This document shows, piece after piece, positions 1-12,559 of a stretch of DNA of 64,000 nucleotides; position 1 is the stretch's first letter, and each line of letters begins with the position of its first letter. The notes beneath the pieces were generated by a model. It did not search any database and was not told where the DNA came from. It worked only from the letters and a program-made list of their open reading frames with translations. This DNA is from Octopus sinensis (lineage: Eukaryota): positions 1-64,000 of the forward strand of contig NW_021833064.1 in assembly GCF_006345805.1 (NCBI RefSeq), read 5' to 3'. The position numbers were made by a program, and so were the translations under genes.

Positions 1-16
1 TTGGATGTGATGATGC

Positions 17-823
17 GTCGCCGCCATGGGAAAAGCTGGGATTGCCATTGCCATGATTGATGTGACCTGCCAATCGGAGTGGACGTCGAAAGTCCACGCC
101 AATACGTTTTCATGGCTAACGGAAACCATGGACCAGAAAAGGTTGGCTTGTTTACAAGCGGGCAGCCAGCCCCTAAGCGGCGCGTGGCTAAAGTGTTACC
201 ATTGTAATACAACTGGCTGCCTTCTTAATGATGAAGCCGTAAGAATTGGAGTTTGTCTGCGCCTCGGTCTACGCGTTTATGCACAACACCAATGCCGGTG
301 CGGCGTGTGGACTGACGAGCTTGGATATCACTCCCTCTCATGTCGAAACGGAATTGGACGTTCCTCATGGCATTCCGAACTGAACCAGATCATCTGTCGA
401 TCTCTTCGAACTGCTGGATTCCACACACAATTGGAACCTGCAGGGATTTTTGTAGAGGATGGCAGAAGACCCGATGGGATGACCACATTTCCATTCCAGA
501 GGGGAAAGTATGGTTTGGGACGTCACGTGTGTGTGAACTCCTTTTCCAATCAGAATATCAAATTATACATCGAGAATCCTGGAGCCCCGTCTGAACGGGC
601 TGAGAAGAGAAAAGCTGAGAAATACGCTGGAATTGGGAATGGGAGAGTGTTTGTCCCCCTGACTGTTGAGACGTCAGGAATACAGGGGCCTTCTACTCGG
701 ACCCTACTCCAGCGCATTGCCTCATTAATCGAAAGGGTTACCGGCGACCCGTGTGAGCACCGGTATTAATCGAAAGAATATCTATAGCCATAGTCAGAGG
801 CAATACTCTGGCTATCCGCCAAT
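17..823 (+). mobile_element. 3' part of CRE-like non-LTR retrotransposon (Zn-knuckle + restriction-like endonuclease); near-copy of 34056-34861
   Basis: ORF 26-769 has CRCG..H..SC, RPDG, K..KY and F.PL.VETSG motifs; nucleotide match to the 34 kb copy except for 1-2 bp indels. Confidence 0.85.
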
Positions 824-979
824 GACTATTTCTCTTTTGATTTGAAATATATAATCAAAAAAAGATAAACAAATAAAATAATTACTAAAATTAAAATAAT
901 CTTTTTTATTATATATTAAATGACAATTACATTGGTTAGCCATTATTTATTAATTTTTTAATAACGTGCGTATCAACGT

Positions 980-1703
980 GCTTATGGGTAAATCAGTTCG
1001 TGTTCTTATAAAAATTCTTATTGTCATTGGGATTTATATGCAATGATAAAAATTAACTACCTCAATGTTTAATTTGCATGGAAGTCTTGGCAAATGATGC
1101 TATGGTTCCTAGCAAACTAAGGAGACATTTTACTTCCAAGCATCCGGACTATTCCGAAAAATCTGTTGATTATTTTATCCATTTGAAAAAATGTTCATAC
1201 CTGAAAAATGGTTACCTGATGAAACTTTTGTGAACACAAAGGAATCATTAAAATGTTCAAACTTTACAAATTTGTTACCTTATACCGAAATTTGATGGCT
1301 ATCAAGGGTAAATCATTAACGAGGGTTTTTGAATTAAAGGACGAAATGTATGAGTTTTTTTAAATTGGAGGGGCATTCTGAATTTGTTGAAAAAATTCAG
1401 AATCCAATTTTGTCCTTAAAAACTTGCGTATTTATCTGACATTTTACAAATATTAAATGAGGTTAATGCAAGTATGCAGATAGACGTTCTGAGACTATTT
1501 ATCGTCGACGGACAAATTAAATTCTTTGAAAATGAAAATCAGTTTTGGAGAAAAAGGGTTTTAGATAACGATTATAGTATGTTCCTAATACAAATGGTTA
1601 ATTTTATATTTTAATTATAATAAAAATATAATGATGATTCGATACAGGAACTAATTAATGAACATTTAATAATTTTGAAACAAAAATGGATGCTTATTTT
1701 CTA
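980..1703 (+). pseudogene. Decayed, internally deleted Buster/ZBED5-like hAT transposase remnant
   Basis: Translates piecewise to YLSFGF..PQCLICMEVLANDAMVPSKLRRHF, WLSRGKSLTRVFEL and LAYLSDI; second copy at about 35000-35750. Confidence 0.75.
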
Positions 1704-2125
1704 GACTCCTTGGCTGAAGACTAAGCTATGGATTTGGACGGTGAGTTCGATTCCGAAGGAGCCGGTTTTCATCCTGGGGCTAATTCTCGTTATCGTTCCC
1801 TGCCCCTGAGGCAACGAGACTTCTGGCACGACACAGTTGGAAATGGGGATTCTTTACTTCCGGGCTTAGCGTGGCGTTTCGGGGTCCACCATGTCAGTGG
1901 AAATTCCTTCGGATATGGCAACGCTCAGGAGGCACTTAATGCCTACCCAAAAAGGACTCTTAGCTTCTCAGACCCTGGGCACATCGTCGTCTCAGGCCGA
2001 TCTTGCGGGAAGGATTGAACCTTTCAGAAGGATCTCCCTCGTTTGGATCGGCGCGATCACGGAATAACTATAATTAACTGGCTTTGCCCGTGTTTGGTCT
2101 TTAATAATAAATAAATAATAAATAA
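1704..2125 (+). mobile_element. tRNA-derived SINE
   Basis: A-box-like TGGCTGAAGA, B-box GTTCGATTCC, (AATA)n tail; short AGACT duplication, and removal restores hAT frame YFLDLKIEKFDW. Confidence 0.8.
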
Positions 2126-2177
2126 GACTTAAAAATTGAAAAATTCGATTGGGTTATTAGTTTTTTAATATATTTAA

Positions 2178-3452
2178 CTAGCTCGGCAGCTCGCTTCGCT
2201 CACCGCGAACTAGCTCTGCGGAGGGCCTGTTCATCAAAACAACTATAAGTTATGTAGATGTATAAAACTACCTGGTTTAATGTAACCTATTCTATCTTGA
2301 ATCATAAACGATCTTTGTCGTCCGTCTTCCTTGGCATATATGAAAAAATTTTTCTCTTGCCTACCCTCGAGCATCCACATACAGCTTCCATGTGAAAAGC
2401 ACTCACTCTCTAAAAATAACCCAACTACTTTAATGACTGTCTGGCCTTGTTTAATGTCATTGCAACTTTTTTTCATTTTTGTGGTTTATTTTTTTTTATA
2501 TTTAATTTTTTCATTTCCTTTGTAATTTCCACACTCTATTCAAGGTCGTACGTCAATTGGTGGTAAATTGTGTTAATGATTGTGCTAATGTGGTTTCAAC
2601 TATCAAAGTGATTTTTCAAAATCTGTTAATTGCACACTCTATTCAAAGTCGTGCAATCTGTAATTGCACATTCTGTCAAAGTCAAATATGATAATAGCTT
2701 TAATTTTGATTCATGTCGATAATGGTATATGCATTTAATTTTAAAGAGAAAAACATAAGATGAATTGAATTTCTTTCTTGCGAATAATTAGGAGTTCATC
2801 AGTGTTAATATTCTCGCTGTCATTTTCATCAAGGATATTCTTGATACGTGAGATTTTTGCATCGAAGGTTTTAATGGACCTCATCATGAATGTCGAGGAC
2901 ATTAACGTTGTTCATTTTAATCAAATGCAGGAAATAATTTTTTGATTTTTTGGCGGGAAGGTTTCAAGGACCTCATCATGTAATTCGAGGACATCGTAGT
3001 TGTTCATTTTAACCAAAATGCAGAAAATTTTTTTTAATTTTTTTGGGGGGAAGGTTTTAAGGACCTCATCATGTAAGTCGAGGACATCGTAGTTGTTCAT
3101 TTTAACCAAAATGCAGAAAATTTTTTTTTAATTTTTTTTGGGGGAGAAGGTTTTTAAGGACATCATCATGTAAGTCGAGGACATCGTAGTTGTTCATTTT
3201 AACCAAAATGCAGAAAATTTTTTTTTAATTTTTTTTGGGGGAGAAGGTTTTTAAGGATCTCATCATGTAAGTCGAGGACATCGTAGGGTGGAAGATTCTT
3301 GGAGGAGTTCATGATTTTAAGCTTGTTCCCCATTATTGGCTAATTATAAGGGGGAAAGATTTTGACAATTTATCTGTACTTTGCCAATTTGAAGTTGGTG
3401 TGCACACACAGACAGACAGACAGATACACACCATACCATTTTATTATTAAGA
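2178..3452 (-). mobile_element. Non-autonomous Helitron with decayed Pif1-helicase remnant
   Basis: Minus strand reads A|TC (3452) to GC-rich hairpin plus CTAG|T (2178); helicase motif QGQT..KVVGLFL...CFSHG in ORF 2243-2476; (CAGA)n near the 5' end. Confidence 0.85.
2865..3286. repeat. Tandem/minisatellite repeats inside the Helitron (about 120-bp periodicity, at least 3 copies)
   Basis: Recurrent GGACCTCATCATGTAAGTCGAGGACATCGTAGTTGTTCATTTTAACCAAAATGCAGAAAATT alternating with T/G runs. Confidence 0.85.
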
Positions 3453-4495
3453 TTTCAATTTTATACTTTAGTCCGTTTTTTTGTTATTTAGAAATTCACT
3501 TATTTTTTGCAGCTAGACCTGCGAACTATTAAAAATGACACGTAAAGATTTTCTCAAAATAAAGTTCAGTACAATTTTGTTTTAATTAAAATAAAATTTA
3601 TTTGTATTAATTATTTTTAATTATCTTAATTTTTACTAAAAAAACTTAATAAATTAAGCCACGTGTTATTACGGAGTGTTTTAGTTTGTTGTATTTTATC
3701 AATTTTTGATCACACTTTATTTTTTTATTTAATTGGATGTAGAAGGAATAATGCGAGATGTGGTTTCTTTTAATGATTAAATTATCTGAAATTTCATCAT
3801 TTTTTGTATATTTCCCGGTTTTATTCCTTTAATCTCTTTCTTTTATCTATTTTGAAACTTCTAAAATACTATTATTTTCTTACTCATGTTATTTATCAAG
3901 TTTTCTCTTATTTTTTTAAAAAATTTTCTGAATAACCATTTTTACAATTTAAATAATAAATAATATTCACGGTCGGCTCATATTGGTGGGCGACACGTTT
4001 GGCTCTACCCATTTATTTTTTAATTTTGATTGGCAATTTTATTTTTTAATTAATTTTTAAAACATAATTTTTTAAAAAAATAAGCAATTATTTTTATGTT
4101 TTTTAGAATGATCAAATTTCTTTTTGTATGCTCTATGGAAATAAAAACAGCTCCATAGAATTTTATTTGTTACATGATTGATTTTCAAATCACTTAGTAA
4201 GAAAAAAATTTCCTTTAGGGATTTCAGATTATTTTTTGAAATTGAATTCACATAAAACATTTTTTTTAGCTTAGAAAATTTTTTTTTTCGAGAAAATTGT
4301 AAATTTTTAATTTCTCCATTATCACTATTTAGTTTCATGACGACATAATAGTCGCTATTTATTGAGATGATTTGTATAAAGATGTGTCGATATCGTCATA
4401 CAAAGGTAAATGACGGTGGGCCGGATTGCCATCATTATCATGTCTAACTACAGCATGATCGCCGATTGCTAGGAATTCCTTGGCCGTTTTCTTTT

Positions 4496-5150
4496 TTACG
4501 ACATTTTTAAAGCTGCTCGAAGAGTATTTATTCTTGCCTCCTCCTGTTCTTTTTGCAGAACATTCATTGGATTAAGACTATCTTCCATCACATTGTCTAT
4601 TGTGCAATTGTTACTCAAGATCTCGTTTATTTTTATCAAATTAGAGGTTACAGAATCGTCGTCGGAAGCCAACAAGCCTTGATAATCTTCAAACATCATT
4701 CGGATATTTGGCTCCGATAAAAATTTCGAATGGTATTTTTCTTGTTGTCTCGTGAATGGTGTTGTTGTACATGAATACAATTCGTTTAAGGCAGGTTAAA
4801 TAACTGCCAAATTTATTCTCTGAAGCAGTTGTTGACGAAATCTATCTTTTTATTGATTGATTGAATCTTAATGTTAAATTACCTTGTATCTACCTTTCAA
4901 CTTGACCTTGTATCCAAGGGGCACGAGGTCTACCAAATATCTGTTTAGTGCCGAACTCGAGGCACATCGCATGCATTTTAGAATTTTCGGTATGCAGAAT
5001 TGTTGGTGGTTGATATGCATAAAACATTTTTCGAAACAATTCAGTAATCTCTTCTCTATTTTTTGTCTTTGCAATATCAACAATTCCAAATTTGGAGAAT
5101 GAGTCAATGACCACAAGAATCTATTCATTAATTTATTGATTCTTACCAAA
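4496..5150 (-). pseudogene. Integrase (rve) fragment, Ginger/GIN-like
   Basis: DSFSKF..., PTILHT.N, GRPRAPWIQGQVER in ORF 4890-5114. Confidence 0.7.
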
Positions 5151-5189
5151 GAATAACCCTCATTTTCTGAAGAATACCGCCTAAGATCT

Positions 5190-5636
5190 ATTTATTTATA
5201 ACCCCCAAGCTTGCACAACATGGCGAACCCAGCACAGACAGTCACAACTAACTAATCAAATGAAGGAGCAAAGGAACGAAGGGATTGCTTGTGCCGATCA
5301 ACATTAGCCTCCAAATCTTCATTACAGCCATCCGTCTCCAAAGAGAGGTGGGGAATTTCTGGTATGCCCAGTTCCCATTTGTCAGCCTCCTACCGTAGCT
5401 CACCGCACTTCATTTGAATCCGTACGGGTTTTTGCATAATGGAGATTCTTCATCGGTAATGTGATCAGGGGAAGGTAGGAGGTCCCCTTTCTACATCTGT
5501 GTCGTGCCAGATGGGCTCATTGCCTCACGGGTGGGGAACGTTGACAAGATTTGACCCCAGCCGAAAACCTGGTTCCATCGGAATCGAACCCACGACGTTT
5601 GAGTTCCAACATCCATAGTCTTCAGCCACTGAGGCT
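5190..5636 (-). mobile_element. tRNA-derived SINE, same head/core as the other copies but a different 3' half
   Basis: Reverse strand GCCTCAGTGGCTGAAGA..GGGTTCGATTCC..TCTGGCACGACA; ends TAAATAAATAG. Confidence 0.75.
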
Positions 5637-5689
5637 ATTAGATCCGCGATATATCTATCGCGCGGATTTTTGATGAGATGGGTATCGAT

Positions 5690-6050
5690 CTATTGAAAGT
5701 AGAATTTTTCTTTGTTTCCTCGCAAGTTCACAATCAAAATCACTGAGCCACATGTTAAAAATTTCACGGTCCATCTATGCCTTATTGGAATGGGTGAGCT
5801 AACATATTTTCCAATGTTGAAATTTTTAAAACACCTTGAACTTTTGAATCTTCCTATCATTACAGGCCTTCTTTTATCGGAACCAGAACAATTTGCGCAT
5901 AATAGTAAAGAAAGTCGATCCTTCGACAACTTTATTCCAGGCCTTGATTTAGTGCACACTTTTAGAAGGAATCGCCGATTTTATATGCGTTTTTTTGGAA
6001 ATTTTTATTGGCGTTTTTTTTTACTTTTTTGGTAATTTTAAAAATGCTCC
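5690..6050 (-). pseudogene. pogo/Tigger DDE transposase fragment
   Basis: KLSKDRLSLLLCANCSGSDKRRPVMIGRFKSSRCFKN. Confidence 0.8.
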
Positions 6051-6059
6051 GACATCTGA

Positions 6060-8580
6060 TAATCTGATTCAATTTCAGTACTTTTAATAAGACAAATTCT
6101 TTGAATTTCATCCTCCGATGAATACTCAGTTCTTTCGAATGATGATTTGTTTTCTTTATTATCCTGAGATTAAATTAAATTCCTCGATGAAACCGGCCAG
6201 TTTGGCATCAACACATTTGGTGACAAGTTTATACAAAGTTGGCATACACGTTATAGGGCGTAAGTCCTTCGGGGTCTCACAATCACTTTTTTTAGGGACA
6301 GTGTAAAACCAGCTATCAGGCGTGTACTCCCATAAATTATTCGGACTATCTCTTTACACAGAAACCCATGCAAAGAATCCATCTTCTTTAAGAAAAAGTT
6401 ATACGTTCCGTCACATCCGCATGCCTTCCAGTCAGATGCGTATTTAAGTATATCCATAATAAAATCACTTGTGAATTGAGGTTCACCGCCAGTACATCTC
6501 ACACTCACAAAATCATAAACTACTGGCCCCATATTTTTCTTGCTCCAGACATCTTCCTAAAATGACAAGCACTCACCATCACAAACCCATATAGGGTGGC
6601 TTCATTGCTTGAAGATAAATTTCGATAAACTCTTCTGCGGTTTAATTCAAAACACGCATTGTCTTTCCGGAAATCCTTCCTCGAGGAATGGATAGATATC
6701 TGTTTCTTTTTTATTCTAATTAGATTATTCAATAGAGCAGGCATTCTCAACCTTTTTTTGTTCATCGCCCCCTTAGACATTTTATCGCCCCCTTGTCCAC
6801 ATACAATTTAAAAATTTTTTGGCATTGTCCCTTAATTGGTTGTTTTTTGTATATATCATTTTTTCGTGAAATTATCTCTTCTGCCAAAACCAAGTCTTCT
6901 GTCTGCAAAAATGCGACTATTGCATCGTAAAGATTAACAAATCTTTCTAAAGCATTTCCTTTTGAAAGCCATCTTACTTCCATGTGTAATAAAAGTCGAA
7001 TAAAATCTTCACCAGCATCCTTACAAAACTTTCTAAAAAGACGATCATATTTGCTTCGTGTTTTTATTATGTTAATTGTTTTAATTACAATATTTAAAGA
7101 TTGATGTAAACCAGGACATATAATCTTCGATACCAGTTGATGGCAGTGTAAAATACAATGAACCGTAATGACCCATGGATAATTTTTTTTAATAAAAGAA
7201 ACAAATCCCTTATATCTTCCAACCATTGACATAGCACCATCACTCGCACAGGAAACCAAATTTTCAAATAATATTCCATTTGTTCCAAAAAACCCTTTTA
7301 CTACGGAATATATTGACATTCCAGTTGTACAGGTTTCCAATAATTCGACAAACAATAAATCCTCATTTAATACACATTCATTATCGAAATACCTAAATTT
7401 TATTAAAACTTCGAAAATAACCTCACAAATCCCATTAAAACAGCTTTACTATCTACAATGACGCTTTCATCAATTTGTAATGAAAACTTACTTCGCTTCA
7501 GTCTTTCAATAAGGATTTCCTTTACATTGTCATTCATTTCATCGATTCTTCGACGAATCGAATCATTGCTAAGAGGTAGGCTTTTAATAAGTTTAGAAGC
7601 ATCTTGATGCATTACATCCGATATTATTACTTCCAGTGATGGAATTATGCGATAGTATGAGAACTGGAATTTTTCGCAATAATTTCAGCAATTTTATAAA
7701 AAGCGATGTGCGCACCCACAACTACATATAAATAAATGTTTCGAATATTATATTAAATATATTATCGCCCCCTTGTAAAAAATTATCGCCCCCCGTTGAG
7801 AACACCTGCAATAGAGTCTCAATTCTGGTTAGCTACCCATTCTTAGACTTCTTATATCCGTAGCGGCAGATAACATCCATTGCCTTTCTTTTCTGCCTGA
7901 GGCAAGGTTAGTCTGGAGAATGAACGAACTATGTCAATTTCATCAGCTAATTTAGAGATTCTTCTTTCCGTGTTTTCCAACCATGTGCTCTGTGATCTGG
8001 CTCTTGTAGTTAAGGCCAAATAAGCACACTGTGCAGCATATAGAATATCGGTAATTTGATTAATATCTTGGGACGGATAATCTTTTGTAATATGATAAAT
8101 TGCAGAGTTTAATCCAGCCAGGATATCAGTTTTTTACCATCCTTCGCTGCACCTTTGGAGTTGGCTTTCGAGAGTCTCTCTGAATAGACTGAACCTTCCC
8201 AATTTGGAATTTGAGTTTCTCTAGACAATTTCTGAAACTGGAGATTTCTACGTCCACATCATCTTGCATTCTGCAAGAGTCGCATCTCCCCTGCACATTG
8301 TTATTCCTTCTAGCCATGCTCTTTAGTTGGCATAAACTGGAGCACTTTGCCGAGTACTTCTCATTGAATTTCTCCAAGACAAGGTTCCAACCACCTCTTG
8401 GCATCCTTCCAAGTCTTTGTTTCGCGGCAAGGGCAATCTGAGACACCCATTCGCCTTCAGAGACACCATTGACATTTCTGATAATCGCAGAAAGAGAATG
8501 TAAGTTAGTTTTGGCAGCATCACAAACAAGATCTTGTATTACAACATTAGCTCTTGTGGCATTATGAGGTCCCACAGGCG
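6060..8580 (-). mobile_element. Decayed R4/Dong-like (RT+RLE class) retrotransposon, interrupted by a hAT element
   Basis: ORFs 8126-8575, 6520-6780 and 6251-6532; ETLL|NNLIRIKK joins across the hAT; WKACGCDG..NFFLKK and DFRPITCMPTLYKLVTKC-type pre-RT motifs. Confidence 0.65.
6738..7808 (-). mobile_element. Internally deleted Buster-type hAT element
   Basis: TIRs CAGGCATTCTCAAC / GTTGAGAACACCTG; 8-bp TSD CAATAGAG (6730-6737, 7809-7816) with central TA; transposase LQIDES, SDGA.SM.G, VHCILH, EVRWLSKG. Confidence 0.92.
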
Positions 8581-8887
8581 ACGGTCCTGTCTTTTTTAAA
8601 CTATTTTAATTTGCAGGAAGGCCCATAGGTTTCGTTTTCCTTAACTGCTCAGAAACGTACATGCAGACACCACAACAACTAAATTATTAATGACGAGGTT
8701 CATAAACGAATTATTGCTCAGAACGACATTCAAACTATGAAGAACTGAAGAGTTCGATTGCCTTGGCAATTGTCTCGTGCTATCATCCGTCCTTAATTCC
8801 AGTCACTTTCTCTCTGTTCGTTACAATAAAAATTAATTGATTGACTGATACTGCTAAAACTAACTTTATTCTCTTTCCTCGATCATT

Positions 8888-9145
8888 GGAAATGTCAACG
8901 GTGTCTCTGAAGGCGAATGAGTGTCTCAGATTGCCCTTACCACGAAACAAAGACTTAGGCGACGTGGACGTTGAAATCTCCAGTTTCAAAAATTGCTTTG
9001 AGGGAACTTAAATAACAAATTAGGAATGTCCAGTCTATTCAGAGAGACTTCTAAAAGCCAACTCCAAAGGTCTAGCGAAGGATGGTCAAAACTGACATCC
9101 TGGCCGGATTAAACTCTGCAATTTATCATATTACAAAAAATAATC
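8888..9145 (+). repeat. Inverted, internally deleted copy of about 8080-8480
   Basis: GGAAATGTCAACGGTGTCTCTGAAGGCGAATG and GGATTAAACTCTGCAATTTATCATATTACAAAA match the reverse complement. Confidence 0.8.
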
Positions 9146-9199
9146 CGCTGCGGCTAGCATAATGAAAATTTCAAATTTGAACAATATTATTCAAGTCCG

Positions 9200-9996
9200 C
9201 TTGAACACTTAATTAAGAAAGATGGAAAAGGCTTCTTAGCCATTTAAAAGGGCCAACTGTCAAAAGGCCATCATATTTCAATTACAGCAACCAGAAGCAC
9301 ATCACCCCGATTCAATTCTTCTCGAAAATTGTTCCCCGTCCGTTCCGCACTTGCGTTGGGTCCAGAGTCGAACATCAAGAAAATCTGGAAAGACCTTCAG
9401 GATTGTTGGAATCACCTAATTAATTACTCTAATTAACTGTTGGTGATTCTTGGGTTAAATACAAATAATCCAATCATGCATTTTCAGACAGTGCACTTCC
9501 TGTTATCTTCGATGGTCAACGGTGAGTGGGTAAAAACCATTAAAGTAAGCGTTCATTCTTTTGGGAAATTACTATGGTGCTCGTTTCTACATAAATTTTA
9601 TAAAAATCTCCAGTGTGAGTAAGACACCTGCTTTATATTGGATTATTTTTAAGGAGTATCATCCAAAAAATGATATTTGTGTGGCCTAATTTATCTGTCA
9701 GGTTCGGGGGACTAGATAATATTCTACCTGAACTAATAAAGTACGCGCAAATGAAGCTTGCTAGAACCATTGCAAACATCCTGAACAAAGAATTTGACCA
9801 GAATAGCCTATTAGACCTCGGCAAAGGATGGTTAATTCCACTAAAGAAACCCGGAAAAAAGAGAGAAACCATACCCAACTTAAGACCTATTAGCCTAGTA
9901 TCGACGCTTCGGATAATACTCTCAATGGTTGCATTAGAAAGAATAAGAACTAAGATGGCCAATTTTCTTTCAACTGGTGAAATGGGTCAAAACTGA
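9200..9996 (+). pseudogene. RTE-like LINE fragment (pre-RT region)
   Basis: GLDNILPELIKY, LIPLKKPGK, NLRPISLVSTLR in ORF 9670-9996. Confidence 0.7.
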
Positions 9997-10815
9997 CAGT
10001 TACATACATTTTTTTAAATCTGCTTTATATGGGAAGTACAAATAATTGATTTGACTCAAAGTATATTTAAGGAGTATCATTCGAAAAATGATATTTGTAT
10101 GGCATAATTAGTACAATAATTGATTTCTGAAATATAAATTTAGTAAACTAATAAATATTAGATACGTGCCAAAAATCGAGTTATTTTACAACTGTCTGTA
10201 AATTATAGTTCACTTACATAATTGTCTAGAAATACTACAATTTTTTTCTTGATTATAATCAATTCCATAATTTTGTGTACAAGAATTATTGCAGATGCTT
10301 ATTGATTATATTATTAGTCAATTATAAATTTCAATGTATTCTCTAAAAGAAGTGATTTTAGTCAAAAACTCAAAAAATCAATCTACTAAACTACTAACTC
10401 AATTCGAGCAGATGCAATATAATTACTTATATAATTAAAAAAATGACTTGTTATGATTGCCATGATTTTGAAAATGAACTTAAGTGATTAACCCAGTTGG
10501 TACTATTTGCTGTCAAACAGCCCGATTGAAAGACTCCTGTTAAAAACTGTATTTTCAGTGGTTAGATAAAATCATACTTTGGTTTTAACTTGGTATTGAG
10601 TGATACATAAGAGTAGGTTGGATGGTTTGCACTAGGAGTCGGAAATGACTTGTTTTTATTAAACTCAAATATATTTTATTGTATTTGCTAATCCGACTGC
10701 ATCCCCTGCGGCGTCGCTAAAAACCGTATCAAAGAGCGACTTTCAGCGTAGACACCGCTCTAAATTCCATTATAATTAGCGTAGTTATCATAATGTTTTT
10801 AGTTGCTGTCCCCGC

Positions 10816-11899
10816 ATGGAAGATCAACTGAAATGTACCAAATGTAAAGAAGTAATTTATACAAAAAACCCACATTTGCGTCTTATGGACTCATTTTATC
10901 ACACTAACTGTCTTCAGTGTTCTGTGTGTTCTCAAGTACTCACTGACGTTTGTTACGTGAGGGACGAGATTTACTGTTTTAACGACTATACAATGTTTTA
11001 TTAAAATCTTAGTTTGTAGGAACTTTAAGTTTTGTCCGTTGTGTAACGTCCAAATTGAACTAAATACATTGGTGTATACCATCAAGTCACATATGTATCA
11101 TGTTGAATGCCTCAAGTGTCGGTGTTGTAATAAAGAACTCAAAACTGGGGACTTCTTTTCCTATGCTGATAAATCCACACTTTACTGCATGGACTATTGT
11201 CACAAAAATATATGTTTGGTAATCGAGTTATTTTTAGTAAAAACTGAAAACACTGCGGAATCAGAAAGAAAATCAAAGTCTCCTAAATATTGTTCGGAAG
11301 CGAATGGGAGTCCTGAAAAGCCTGAATCAATTAGTGAGGAAGTTCAAACTAAGCTTGTAGCCAACAATAACCTCCAAAGATGCAAACAGCGAGGACGGAG
11401 GAACATCTATCAAACCACACCAAATTGGGCTTCTTACAGAATTGTACGAAAATGAAAAAAAGCCATCGCGTCATACATTGGAAGAAATGACCAAATTGAC
11501 TGGACTGCCAATTCGCGTCATCCAAGTCAGGATGGGGGTCTCTAGTGTTAGGTCTGGTTTCAAAACAGGAGGTCCAAGGAACGGAGAAACAACCCGAGCA
11601 ACTCTAGCCTCCTACCTTCCAATCCACCTCCCAGTAATACAGAATTTGGGGTCTACAAACATCAGTTTAATCAAAGGCCACAAATCCTCCAGAATAACAG
11701 ATCTGGAAATAATTTTTTTTCGTCATTTGTGACAGATTATCAACATTATGGGCATTATCGAAACGAATCTTACCCAGAAAATATGCTGAGGAAGCCAATA
11801 AATCCAATGCTGTTTCCTCCCTCAATGCATTTCCAAACTCCTGATCAGACATCCCAGTACTATCCCAATATGAATGTCTACAGAAATCTTAATTTTTGA
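10816..11899 (+). CDS. Lhx1/5: LIM-homeobox transcription factor, Lhx1/5 (Lim1)-like
   Basis: Two LIM domains (CTKC..HTNCLQCSVC..CFND; CPLC..HVECLKCRCC..CMD) and homeodomain TSIKPHQ..KPSRH..TGLPIRVIQ|VWFQNRRSKERR; introns 10995-11019 (25 nt) and 11526-11551 (26 nt), probably also 11214-11237 (24 nt); apparent +1 frameshift near 11402. Confidence 0.85.
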
Positions 11900-12559
11900 C
11901 ATTCTGCTAGTCTAATAAATGTAGTTGTTTAAAATGTTCAGATTGCACTTTGTCTAAGGTTTAGTTTAAGAATTGTCGACCGAAATGGTTCTCATTTCTC
12001 TCCTACTTTCCTAAACTTCCAAACAGTGATTTCGAAATACGCTTCTTCCAGGAGATCAAAAATAATCTTCTTTCCAGGAGTTTTTTTTAGAGATTAAGGC
12101 GTGATCTGCTAATGAATTCCAAGAGATTTTATTTGATTTCCTCCGTGGTAATAACATAAGTTGCTTCCTCAACAAGTATTTTATTGACTGTTTAATTAAG
12201 TACATAGACAAGTCTGAAATCATAAGTGACAATCAAAAACTCATCAAAACGACCAATCTCGGCGTCTTTGGCTAGCCCCCAAAATCTGGAAACTTAATGA
12301 ATTTTTTGTATTAAAAACTAGAAATTGACAAGAAATAAAGTTATCTTTTGTCACAGTCCGATAAAGAAACAGGCCGTTAATGAAACGCCAACATCAAATT
12401 GACAAAAAATCATATCGAAAAAAAGATAAATTAATACAAATCGTCATTGGAAATGAATAATTAGTTATAAATGTGCCCGTCCATAGAATGGACACGCCGT
12501 TAAATGGACACTAGGTGATTTGAATAGGGTAACAAGCTAAAGTAAAAAAATATATTTAT

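Noticed and set aside
2865-3286. CRISPR-like repeat-spacer appearance
   Set aside because: The spacers are themselves repeated low-complexity runs, the array lies inside a Helitron in a eukaryotic context, and no cas genes are present.
3560-3900. Weak inverted similarity to about 30200-30545
   Set aside because: Very AT-rich and diverged; boundaries and family could not be supported by eye.
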